A DNA stretch of 64,000 bases from Chrysemys picta bellii (lineage: Eukaryota): positions 92,132,001 through 92,196,000 of the forward strand of contig NC_088795.1 in assembly GCF_011386835.1 (NCBI RefSeq), written 5' to 3'. Below, piece after piece: positions 1 to 11,006 of the stretch. Below the pieces are notes generated by a model that was not told the DNA's origin, made no database searches, and worked only from the letters and a program-made list of their open reading frames with translations. A program made the position numbers and the translations under genes. The stretch's first letter is position 1. Each line of letters begins with the position of its first letter.

Positions 1-439
1 TGCCGTGGACCTTTGGCATAGCTCAATTTCTAATCCTGTCTTCTGAGATCTTGCCAATAACTGTAAAAGCTTGATTTAAAGTGATCTGCTACATTCCATA
101 ATTATAAGGATTTTCACTATTCCCCTTTGCCAAGCCATCGGTCTCTCCATATTCAAGTCCTTCCCTACGACTCACTTCTTCCATGATACTTTCAAGATGT
201 GAACAAACAAAGACAAACAAAAGTTTGTATAACACAAAGTTTCTCTGTGTTTCCTTGTACAATCCTATCTTTTCTATTTTGTTTCTTAGCTTGTTAACTC
301 TTGGCTGCATAGGCTTTTTATGTCTTGTACAGCACTGAACAGATTGTCTGTGCTTAAATAAATGCTGGGATTTTGGAATTTAGACAAATTCAGAATCTAA
401 ACTTTTATATTCCATGTTACTTTTGCTATTGCATTAGAT

Positions 440-926
440 CAGGGGTCTCAAACACGCAGCCCGCGGGCCACATGCAGCCCACGAAGTTATTTCCTGCAGC
501 CCGCCATAGGCGCCAACTCCATCGGCAGCCAAGCTCCCCTCACCCCCGACCCCCCTGAGCATGCCGTGTCCCCACTCCTCCGCCTAGCTCCCAGTGCTTC
601 CCACCACCAAACAGCTGTTTGGCAGCGCTTAGGACTTTCCAGGAAGGAGGGGGGAGGAGGGGGGATGCGGCACGCTCAGGGGAGGAGGCGGAGAAGAGGC
701 TGGACCAGGGCAGGGATTTGAGGAAGGGATTGGAATAGGGGCAGGGAGGAGGCGGAGTTGGGGCGGGGAAGGGGTGGGAAGAGGCAGGGCCTCATGGAAG
801 GGGTGGAGTGGGGGCAGAGCGAGGGGCTTTTGTATCTTTGTATGAAAAGGTTTCAGTGATACGGCCCTCAGGCCAAAGTACTAGTCCTCATGTGGCCCTT
901 GTGGTGATTTGAGTTTGAGATCCCTG
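440..926. mobile_element. Non-autonomous hAT (Charlie-like) DNA transposon
   Basis: TIRs CAGGGGTCTCAAAC (440) and GTTTGAGATCCCTG (ends 926) match 13/14; exact 8-bp TSD CATTAGAT at 432-439 and 927-934; GC/G-rich interior. Confidence 0.9.
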
Positions 927-2009
927 CATTAGATCATATTGTGCTATGGAATATTGATACATATTATGCAAATCACTATCACAAAGGGCAATAACTTGTG
1001 ATTATTTTTGTCGGGACCAGATATAATTGAGCAGTTCCACACCTGGACTTCTCGTCTACAGTTTATTGGGTAACATTACTTTTTTTTCCCTTCTAGTTCT
1101 TCAAGAAGTGTTCAGGGTATGGGAGGGAATCCCTTCAAAGATTTCTGAATTCTAGTACACAGGATATAACCTATCCATTTCCACCAATATGTTGGTGGCC
1201 TAGAGGAATAGCCCAACACTGATTATAAGTATACCACCACATTTCTTGTACTAGGAAGGTACAAATTAACTATACTTAAGAATTCCACCAATGTGCTCAA
1301 AGTCGATTTTAAGTAGTTAACATACTAATGATACATTTTTCATTAGGCAAAAGTAGTTCTGCTGTGTTTGGTGTGTTTTTTCTTTTTTCTCAGAAGTATT
1401 TTTCATTTACAGTGTGAGCCTCTCCCCTTTAAATCCTTCCCGTTTTCCTTTACTGTATCCTGTTTTAATATTCCCTTTGGAAGGTCTTTTATAGAGTATT
1501 TTTATACAGCTTCTGAAAACTTCCTTCCTGGTGTTTGGATCCTCTCTTCAGATGTCAGAATCAAAGATAATGGTCCATTGCTAAACTTTTTGGGAAGGGA
1601 GGGAGTTTGCAGTCTCCACACACTTAACAAGTCAACATATTTTGTGTGGTGTGAGGGACCTAGTGTATTCCAACAGTAGTTCACTGTTAGCTATTACAAG
1701 GAGGTGGCATTGAAATTCAAGCCAAGCATTGAAAATTGTCAGTATTTTCTGATCCATGTCCCCAAATGAAAAGCAAACAGAGCTTTTATATTATCAGGAG
1801 CATTGTGAATATGACACAATGTCTGAATGTAAATGGCAATTTCCCTTGTAATACATTAATGTAAAGTTATTCTGTCAGCAGTAGAACACATTTCTATAGT
1901 GAGTTAAATGATTGCTACTGCTGAAACCTTTGATAGTTAAAAATAAGGTATGTTCTTTAAATACACAGGAAGAGTTGTGCTCTGATCACAAACACATGAG
2001 TTAGTTAGC

Positions 2010-2260
2010 AGGGGAAGTGTAGGTGTAAGATTAATGCATCAGCCTTAAACTTCTGGAGACCTCAGTTCATCTCCTGTCTTGGGTTATGTATAAAAACTAG
2101 TTTGGGAGTCTTAGTACTAGTTTCTCTTTGTGGGTATTGCAAAACTCAAGATATTTCTTTCTCTGCTCCAGAGAAGCCTAAGACTATGAGAGCAAAATTG
2201 TGTGTTGCAGGCCAGGACTGAGGTTCATTGGCAGAGCTGTGTAAAGAAATTTACATGTCA
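2010..2260 (+). mobile_element. Degraded LF-SINE-like fragment
   Basis: tRNA-like head (gcatcagccttaaacttctggagacctcagttc) and ggccaggactgaggttcattggcagagctgtgt resemble the recalled LF-SINE consensus; boundaries approximate. Confidence 0.4.
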
Positions 2261-2535
2261 CATACGTGGTTTAAGTGCCTTCCTTTTACCATTTGTAATG
2301 TATTTATAAAATGCTCATATCACATTCTTAAGGTGCACATATGTCACTGATCTAAGCCCACGCATTAAATTATATCAGAATTAGCACAATTCATCAGCAG
2401 AATTCATCAAGCACAGAAGACCTCAAACAAAGATCTGAAAGTTTTTTAATTTTTTTAATCGTCAATAAGTCTAATTTACTTAAAGCCTTTTTGATGTGTT
2501 AGAGCTTGTTTATGGTGAGCTGAGCTCTAATGGGA

Positions 2536-2712
2536 ATGGTGTCCCTGGCCTTTGTTTGCAAGAAGCTGGGAATGGGCAACAGGGGATGAATCACTTGATG
2601 ATTATCTGTTCTGTTCATTCCCTCTGGGGCACCTGGCATTGGCCACTGTTGGAAGACAGGATACTGGGCTAGATGGACCCTTGGTCTGACCCAGTATGGC
2701 CGTTCTTATGTT
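2536..2712 (+). mobile_element. CR1 LINE 3' end (5'-truncated)
   Basis: Typical turtle CR1 3' UTR ...ggatactgggctagatggacccttggtctgacccagtatggccgttcttatgtt. Confidence 0.85.
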
Positions 2713-2879
2713 GCCTGAAGGAGAAGAATTTTGGGCTGATCGTCACAAATTCATTTGTAAATGGATTAAGTTAAATAATGTGCACAGAGGACCATTAATG
2801 CCTGCAGACAAAGTGTTCACTCTTCTTTACAAACTCCTCCTGCCTCAGACCTGACAAACTCACTGCACCTAATACATCA

Positions 2880-3690
2880 CTTCTGGTATTTATCCATGAA
2901 GGGTAGCATGTGAGGTCTCTACTGAAAGCTTGTAATTGACTGATGCTCACAATCATTGCAAGATGTGTGTATGAGAAATATTTAAGGAATAATGTAACTG
3001 TATAGAAAATTATGCCCTTATGGGTTTGTAGTAAAAGTGAATGGGCTCAGTGATGGCCCATTCAAGAAGTTGAGAGTGTCACCCCTTCCTGGCTAGCCAA
3101 TTACATAATGTATTGCTCAACTGTCCGCCATTGCAACAACCACAGAAAAGCCAATGGAAAATCATTGAAGACAAACTGTAAGCATCAGAAACCGTTGGAG
3201 GTAAAAAGGAACATTGTAATAGACAGGGGATCACCTGTCTGCCAAGAAACACAAAAGACTGATTCAGTATATCACAGGATGGAGAAAGATGCTTTGCATC
3301 CATTTGCTGAGGAGACATCTTGCTGAGCAGGGGTGTTTCCCTCTTTTAGGTTTTGTGTTGGTGTCTTTCAACTAGCTTTCCACTCACTATAGTTTTCTAC
3401 AATAGACAAGGCCTGAATTTGTAAAGGAAAAGATTTAAACAAAAAAAAATTAGGCCTTTGCTAGACAGCATAAAGAAACAAAAGGAGGCACAAGTCCTCA
3501 GGCAAAAGCATTACCAAACAGATAGGCCTTGTACTATGCAGTGTAGGTCAGCAAACCAAGGGCTTTTTTCTTTTTACCTTTGGGTTTGGAAGTAGGTCTT
3601 TTAGCACTTATTCATCTGAGCTTTTGGGGTTTATCTGAACCAAACTGAGAAGTATTTATAGGTTCACCTAATACGGTTTTCTAACTTGCA
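2880..3690. mobile_element. Probable solo LTR (ERV-like), degraded
   Basis: Start gaagggtagcatgtgaggtctctactgaaagc...tatttaaggaat resembles recalled turtle LTR families; no TSD identified; ends approximate. Confidence 0.4.
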
Positions 3691-5889
3691 ATGGATATTG
3701 TTAAAAGAAGAGCCGTTTTTGTATATATATCTTCAGGCTTTTAGTTTTTCCCGTATACACTGTACTCCTCATGCACAAATGAACAGCCAGAGCAAACTTT
3801 TAATTTGCATAGAAATGGTGCTCTGCCTAGCTATGCGTTACTTGAATTCACTTAGCAAAACAAAAGTTAATTGAAAGATATGTACCCCCTAGGTTTTCTG
3901 AGGTAGCTAGGCTAGCAACGTTGACTGCTTCAGTGGCCAAGCATCCTACTTGAAATGGACTTGACAACTGAACAAAATCTATGTGTACTGGAAACATTCT
4001 ATCTATTTAGAAGGAAATGATGCTTCTAAGAGGATGATGTTTAATGAAAGGTCAATAGGTATCTCGGGTTATTGTTCCTCCTTCCTGCCCCTACCTATCT
4101 TATATCCATAGGTAGCTATATTTGTTTTTTTTCCATGTTTAAACTACGACTGAAGTGGGGAAAAGGGAAGACTCTTCTTCCCAAGAAAAGGACACCACAG
4201 TGTGTGTGGTCAAAAAGAGACCAGTTCAGCTGTTGCATGGCACGTTGCTTTCAAGCACGGTTTGAAATAGGTAAGTGACATACTGTAAATGAGCTTAGGT
4301 TGCAGAATCTTTCAGTGAACTCCCCCTCCCTGCCTTACTACTTACTCAAGCCAAGTTCCCATTATTATTATATCTTTGCTTAGAGCCTCAAATCAGCTAG
4401 GTGCAGTACAGAGCACATAGCAAAGAGAGTCTCCCAAAGAGCTGACAATCTCCATTGAAATTGGTGGAAATGTTGCCTCTGTGAAAACTGTAGGATAAGG
4501 CCCCGAGTGAGCATTTTTCCTTTGAGTTTCTACAAGCTGACTTTGTACAACATTCCTAGCCTGCCGCTAATAACTTTCCTACCCACACTCTCTGCTTGAG
4601 CTTCACATCTGTCCACAGCCTTGATCCTGCAAACAAATGCATCAGTGCAGACCCTTGCACTTGCATGAAGTCCCATTGGTTTAATCGGGATGCCATTAGG
4701 GTGTAACACTCTACACTGACACATCTCTTTGAAGTATTGAGGATTTATTTTGCCAGTTCTGGACCACAAAATCCTAACTTGAATTTGCACCTTTGAAAAC
4801 TCCTCATTTGTATATGGGGCTTAACACACTACAGACCCTGGCCACAGCTGGGGCAAATGCTGCTGGATGCTTTTATGTTTGAAATGGGAGTCGATCAAAG
4901 CAATAGTGTTGCTGTATCCAGTATTGTATGCTGGGAGTAGTAGTCTTTGATTTAAGAAAAAACAACAGAAGCAGAAAATATAAGTGGGTGCATGTCACAG
5001 CTGGGTCAGGGGCTGCTGCAAGTGCTTCTGGAGCTACAATATTGTTGTCTTAATAAGAAACCTTGTTGGATTTCACTCTTTTGGTCTCTCTCTCCACTAC
5101 CATGCCACAACTAGGGAACTTCTAATGTGCACCAGCAGGGTCCACACAGCCAGGGAGTGAGCGGCAGGCTAGTGCGCTGTAGCTTTACACCTGGGTTGCT
5201 AGGCACTAACTCTCCATATTAGACAATTCCTAGAGAAAACTGCCTTGTCGTCTTAGAGAAGTGGGTAGCACAGTGGTGTCAATGATACCTGTGTAATAGT
5301 CATGCGCACTGACTATTACATCTCTGCTCCAGGGATGGGCTTCAGAAGACTTGGTGGTATTATATGTGGTATGTACAGACAGGCAAATTACCTATAGGTA
5401 ACAGATACTGTCACAGATGAGTACAAGAGCTTGTTGTCTCACATAATAGCAGTCCATTTCTTCTTGTTGTGTGAAATGTAATTGTGTTCTTCAGAGACAT
5501 TTCAACAATATTTTTTGGCTAGGTGTGGAGCTGAATACTGTGGCTTTATATTAGAAATCTGTAGACAGTGGCTCTTTGAAGCTGTCATTAAGCCTGACTG
5601 CATGACGTAAATAGGATTGTTACACTGACATTTACAATTTTACTTGTTGAATTAATGTACAAAGCCACCTGCAAAAACAGAATGTTCCTATGTAAAAGAA
5701 GAACGCTGAATGCCATTATTTAAGCTGTAGTGCAAATAAAATATTCCATCCAGTTTGTGTCAGCATCCCACATGTCAACAAAAATATCCTCAGTGTTTGT
5801 TCTTTGCGCCAAAAACAATATAGGGCTAAATTCTCTGTGGACTTACAACACATGCAATACTACTGAAGTTAATGGGATTGTAGCAGAGG

Positions 5890-6205
5890 GCAGAAATTTT
5901 CGTTTTGCATGACTGCGAGGTTGGAGAAAAGCTTTAGCCTCCGTGAGGGCATTAAACTAACAACACAGGGGGCGTTGCTAAGGAGGCATATGTGATACAA
6001 ACTCAAGCACACCAGGGCAGGAACAAATTGAATAGATGTGGCAAGGAATGTGAAGAGAAGAATTTTTTCAGTTGCTTAAATACCACTGCTAGGAGCCAGG
6101 GAACAAGGAAGAGGAATTGGAAATTCTTATTTCTGAGAAGAAACTGGATACAATTGGCATTGTGGAAATCTGGTGGGACCCTTCCCATGACTGGAATGTT
6201 AAAAA
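5890..6205 (+). mobile_element. CR1 internal fragment (start of ORF2 APE endonuclease)
   Basis: Frameshifted translation C-LNTTARSQG/NKEEELEILISEKKLDTIGIVEIWWDPSHDWNVK matches the CR1 endonuclease N-terminus (YTNARS.GNK.EELE...DIIGITETWWD.SHDWN). Confidence 0.7.
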
Positions 6206-6259
6206 CACTGATTATATTCATTGGCCAGAGAGAGAGTGCGAGTGACTCTACAGCCCTGC

Positions 6260-6887
6260 AGTGAGAGTACTCACTTGGGAGACTCGGGTTCCTGTCCCTG
6301 CTCCAATGAATATTTCAGTATTTCATACAATGTGCAACAGCTTAAACAGGAGAGATGGAAAGAGAGAGACCCACCCACCCCCAGAATGCCCCATAGCCTC
6401 GGGGTTAGGGCACTCAGCTGGGAAGTGGGAGACTCAAGTTCAGGTCCCTCCTGATTCAGAGCAGGGTGGGGATTTGAACCTAGATATCACACATCCTGGG
6501 TGAGTGCACTGACCACTGGGCTACAGAGTGACAGCAGCAGTGTTTTGTGTGAGACCCAGTCCGGTAGGTGTGCACTTCAGTGATCTCTGAGAATGCCCAT
6601 CAGATTGGGCACCACAGGCAAGAAAGGTAGAGGAACACCTAGTTTGTGAATCCCACCAGGGCTTACCCATGAGGTGCTGAGCTGCTCAGTGCTGTCAGGA
6701 CTTAGGTGGCTTTGCACATGCCTGCTAGCCAAATTTAGACACCTAAGGGAGTGAACCAGTAGGTGCCTAGGGAATGTAGGGAGCTGCTGAGAGATGGTTT
6801 TGTGAATGCCAGTGACATCAAAATGTTAGATTTAGGTACCTAAAGTGGCAGTTTGGTGCCAAAGTCCCCCTTGTAAATATCTAGCCC
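6260..6887. mobile_element. Non-autonomous element with inverted tRNA-like segments
   Basis: tRNA-like arm on + (about 6405-6450, gggagactcaagttcaggtccc) followed by an inverted one (about 6460-6525, gatttgaacc...ccactgggcta); ends in ...ttgtaaatatctagccc. Confidence 0.4.
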
Positions 6888-7625
6888 AAGGAATGCAGGC
6901 CATACCCATAGAATGGGGACTGTATCCTGGAAAGCAATGATGCTGAAAGGGATTTAGGGGGGGTCTTAGTGATCAAGCAACTGAACATGAGTTCCAGTGT
7001 GATTTCTGTGGCAAAAAGGGCTAACTCGTTCTATGAATGTATAAACAGGGAAGTAGTAAGCAGGAGTAGGGAAGTGAGTGTACCACTGTATATGGCATTG
7101 GTAAGCCCAGTGCAAGAATACTGTATCGCGTGCTGGTGTCCACGCTTTAAAAAGGGTTTTGAAAAATTGGAGAAGGTGCAGAAAAGAGCCACACACATGA
7201 TTTGAGAGTGGAGAAAATGCTTTACAGTGAGAGACTGAGTTCAGTCCATTTAGTTTAAAAGAAGATTGGGAGGAGATTCTATTACAGTGTGTAAGTACCT
7301 TTACATGGAGCAAGTACCAGATAGTATGGGGCTCTTTAGTCTACCACAATAAGGCATTACAAAAACCAATGATTAGAAGCAGAAACCCGACAAATTCAGA
7401 TGAGGCACATTTTTTTAACCGTGAGGATGATTAACCATTGGAATAAACTACCTAGGGAAGTGGTGAGTTCTCTGTCTTTGGGTGCATTTTTGGAAGATAT
7501 GTTTTAGTCAAATACCAGTTATTGGGCTCAGTAGAGGCATAACTGAGTAAAATTGAATGATCTGTGATACATAGGAGGTCAGACTAGATGATTGGATGTT
7601 TCCTTCTGGCCTATGAATCTATGAA
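6888..7625 (+). mobile_element. Older CR1 LINE 3' portion (RT C-terminus plus 3' UTR)
   Basis: ORF 6969-7205 (PLYMALVSPVQEYC...LEKVQKRATHMI) is the CR1 RT C-terminus; ends ggtcagactagatga...ctatgaatctatga. Confidence 0.85.
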
Positions 7626-8019
7626 ATTGGTTCTAAAAATAAAACAATGTAAAAGTTAATCTGAGGATAGCTTGTGTATCTGATGCATGTCTGTATGTGA
7701 TAATTTGAACAAATGGTTGTGACAAATCCTAGCTAGCATCCTTTACTGGCCTCCCACTAGGACTTCTGGGACAAGAATCCAAGCCCCTGTACTCTAGATT
7801 CCCAGGGTGTTTCAAGCCCCTGGAACCTGAACCAAGTCCAGCCATTGCCCCAGTCTCAGATTTCCTAGGCATGGTGTCATGGTGCAGATCTTCTGTCTGG
7901 CACACTCCCTGACCCTCAGATTTTGGGACCTGCTGTCCTAGCCCCTCTGGGCACAATGCTGATCCTTCAGACTCCCCAATATTCAAACACACCTCTCCCC
8001 CAGATCTCCACCCCTGAGT

Positions 8020-8195
8020 GATGCAGTTAAACCAACCTAACCCCTAGTGTAGACAGAACTATGTCAACAGAGCTACCGCCTCTCACGGAGGTGGAGTACC
8101 TATGCCAATGGAAGAACTCCTCCATCAACAGAGGTAGTGACTTCAATGAAGCACTACAGTGGTGCAGCTGCAGCATTTTAAATATAGACCTGCCC
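8020..8195. mobile_element. PIF/Harbinger-type MITE fragment
   Basis: agtgtagac motif and right end tatagacctgccc followed by TAA; left end not resolved. Confidence 0.45.
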
Positions 8196-8364
8196 TAACT
8201 CTTTGTTGTGAAGCAGTCAGCACACTCACACATTGCCCACTCTAACATCTTTATGCTCTTTTATCCTTAATCATGTAAAGCACAGGAGAGCAATAGATCA
8301 TACAAAACAATACGACAGCATAAATGCAATGTCCCTCGCTAGCTCATCCTTCCATTAGGAGTCC

Positions 8365-8533
8365 TTGGGCATTGGCCTGCTAAACCTAGGGTTGTGAGTT
8401 CAATCCTTGAGGGGGCCATTTAGGGATCTGGGGCAAATCTCTGTCTGGGAATTGGTCCTGCTTTGAGCAGGGGGTTGGACTAGATGACCTCCTGAGGTCC
8501 CTTCCAACCCTGGTATTCTATGATTCTATGATT
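8365..8533 (+). mobile_element. Tortoise PolIII/SINE (5' slightly truncated)
   Basis: tRNA-derived head with B box GAGTTCAATCC, then the CR1-shared tail ggtcccttccaaccc...(ATTCTATG)2. Confidence 0.9.
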
Positions 8534-9036
8534 ATCTGTGTGCCATCAGGCATGCAGGCAGGCAGAGTCCTCTACCTCCTTTCCTCTCTGTTCCTGCAAC
8601 AGCCTCCTTCATCTTTATATGGTACAAAATGGGGATCATCTCCTTCTTTTCTTCTCCTCCTGGTAATTTTCCATTACTTCCAGCCCACCCCCCTTCAGAC
8701 AAGAGGAGGGAGTGTCTTCTCCCAGCTACAGCAAACCCATTGTCCCAAGCTATTTACTTTGAATATGATCAGTCATTGAGTGCTGATGACTCACCATTGT
8801 CTTTGGCCTGGCAAAAACACGACACAGCCCTGCTGCTAACTCAGAGTAGATCCACATACATGTAGGCTTTCCATGACACAGTAACTTCATGATACAATTT
8901 CATAAAATCATCTACAATTCAGAGGTGGTACAGACGAGACCTGCAAATTGTCACAATGTTGTAGTAGACAAGTGTTATTTATAATTATAAAGATATTTTC
9001 TTTCTTTCACTGTGATCATCCAGTCTGACCTGTAAG

Positions 9037-9147
9037 CAGGGCCGCCCAAAGGATTCAGGGGGCCTGGGGCAAAGCAATTTCGGGCCTGGGGCCTGGGGCA
9101 AATTTCCCAACTTGCCACCCCCCCCCCCCCACCCCCGGGCAGCCCTG
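9037..9147. mobile_element. Short hAT (Tip100-like) MITE
   Basis: TIRs CAGGGCCGCCC / GGGCAGCCCTG; TSD CCTGTAAG (9029-9036) versus CCTGTAAA (9148-9155). Confidence 0.85.
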
Positions 9148-9296
9148 CCTGTAAATGAAGCAAAGAGGCGTACCAGACCCTTTAGATTTTCAGTCAAACA
9201 TTCTCCCAACTGAGCTACTGTGGCATCTGCTAAACTATGGGATCTTTACCCAAGTTAAATAATTCTGCCTTTTTACATATAATCAATAGGAAGACG

Positions 9297-9538
9297 ATGG
9301 CTTCTTGGTTAAAGCTTAGGAGTGACCATCACGAGCTCTATCTAGATCTTACTTCTGCCACAGACTACCTATATGATTGTGAGCAAGTCACTTCACCTCA
9401 GTGCCTCAACTTCCCCATCTGTAAGATGGGAACAGTATTTGTTTCCTTACCTCGCTGGGAAACTGTAAAGCAAAATTCATTAATGTTGAAGTGCTTTGAG
9501 ATCTTTGGGAAGTGTTATGTAAGTGCAAAGTATTATTG
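9297..9538 (+). mobile_element. MIR-like CORE-SINE
   Basis: CORE sequence gcaagtcacttcacctcagtgcctcaacttccccatctgtaagatggg and tail aagtgctttgagatc...aagtgcaaagtattatt. Confidence 0.7.
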
Positions 9539-9857
9539 TGGGGGGAAAAGTTAATTTGAAAATTGCTGCAGTGCATGGGAGATTTCTAGTGCATCAAAGA
9601 ACTTTCATCTCCATGAATGCATTCCCTTCATTTTGGTTAGAAATCCACTCTGAACTTTGAGGAGATAGATATAATTGTCATAGGATTGGTTATGTAACAA
9701 GCTTTTCAATTTAACTAATGAATGTGCTGAAAGAAGAGATTAATCCTTTAACTTAACTTTTCTCCTGAAAGATAACATATAGAACATGTTATTTGTAGTA
9801 TCATCATCTCATAGGAGCCAAAGAGAATTTGTAATTTTATTAGATGCCCACTGAACA

Positions 9858-10475
9858 TAGGGTGACTATATGTCCCATTTTGGCTGCGACAGTCCCCTTT
9901 TTAAACTCTGCCCCAGACATCCCAACTTTTTGGGCAAAACTGGGTATTTGTCCCGTTTGTTCTTGCCAACTGATCATCATTTGGCAGAGCCGTCCTGTCC
10001 ATAGGACAGATCGGGGCAACTGTCCCGGGCCCTGCGCTTTGGGGGGCCCCGCGCTTTGATACACAGAGTCCAGGGCAGCCTCGGGGGTTAGCGGGGAGCC
10101 TGGTGCCAGCAGCAGTGAGCGACCCGGCCCCAGCCCACCCTGCCAGCTCCTTGCATTGCTCGGGGGAGGAGGTAGAAGCTGGAAAGAGTTGGGGAGGGGG
10201 GTTGGGAGAAGGGGTGGAATGGGAGCAGGGCCTGGGGCAGAGGGAGGGGGCTGCAGGTTGAGGCAGGGGTTTGGGGTGTTGGAGGGGGTAGAGCTGGTGA
10301 TGAGGGGCTTGGAGTGCAGGAGGGGGCTCCAGGCTGGGGGGTGGGCTGAGGGATTAGGAGTGTGGGAGGGGGCTGTGGGTTGAGGCAGGGGATTGGGGTA
10401 GGGGAGGGAGTGAGGGCTCTGGGCTGGGGGTGCTGGCTCTAGGATGGGGCCAGGGATGAGGGGCTTTGGGGTCAT
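9858..10475. mobile_element. hAT (Ac-like) non-autonomous element, one end truncated
   Basis: Left terminus TAGGGTGAC with tgtccc subterminal repeats and a G-rich interior; no matching right TIR found. Confidence 0.6.
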
Positions 10476-10862
10476 GCGAGAGTCCATAGTAAACTTCCTT
10501 TCCAATGTGGTACAATCCACCAGAAGACTATATTTCCAGGTTTTGTAATCTGATTTTAAATGTTCATTCCCCAAAGGGAATGGGATGGGTGGGGAAGAAT
10601 AGAAACAAAGACAATGGCTTTAAACCTAAAGCAATTACTAAATTGAATGGTTAGGGGCCATAACCCTTAACTTTGCCCTTCCAAACTCAATGGGTCAAAT
10701 TCAGACCTGGCATGCGTGGAAGCAACTCCATTGAAAGCACTTATGCCCAGATCTGAATCTGGCCCACTGGTTTCTTTAGGGCTGAATATGGGTATAACCA
10801 GAGCCAGATTAAGGTAATCTGGAGATCTAGGCACATCATGAGACAGCATTTCGCAGTGTCAA

Positions 10863-11006
10863 GTATCAGAGGGGTAGCCGTGTTAGTCTGAATCTGTAAA
10901 AAATCTCTTGCATCTGAAGAAGTGAGGTTCTTACCCACGAAAGTTTATGCTCCCAATACTTCTGTTAGTCTCAAAAGGTGCCACAGGACCCTCTGTTGCT
11001 TTTTAC
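10863..11006. mobile_element. Penelope-like element remnant (inverted terminus plus pLTR piece)
   Basis: gtatcagaggggtagccgtgttagtctg followed by gcatctgaagaagtg...ctgttagtctcaaaaggtgccacagg, recalled as the common turtle Penelope repeat. Confidence 0.7.
10910..10950 (+). ncRNA. Minimal type-I hammerhead ribozyme motif (Penelope-associated)
   Basis: Helix I GCAU (10910-13)/AUGC (10947-50); core CUGAAGA (10914-20); extra A; helix II GUG...CAC; GAAA (10939-42); minimal helix III AGUU; H17=U. Confidence 0.6.

Noticed and set aside
9840-10574. 244-aa Pro-rich ORF on the - strand
   Set aside because: It is the reverse translation of the G-rich interior of a hAT MITE; low complexity, no domain
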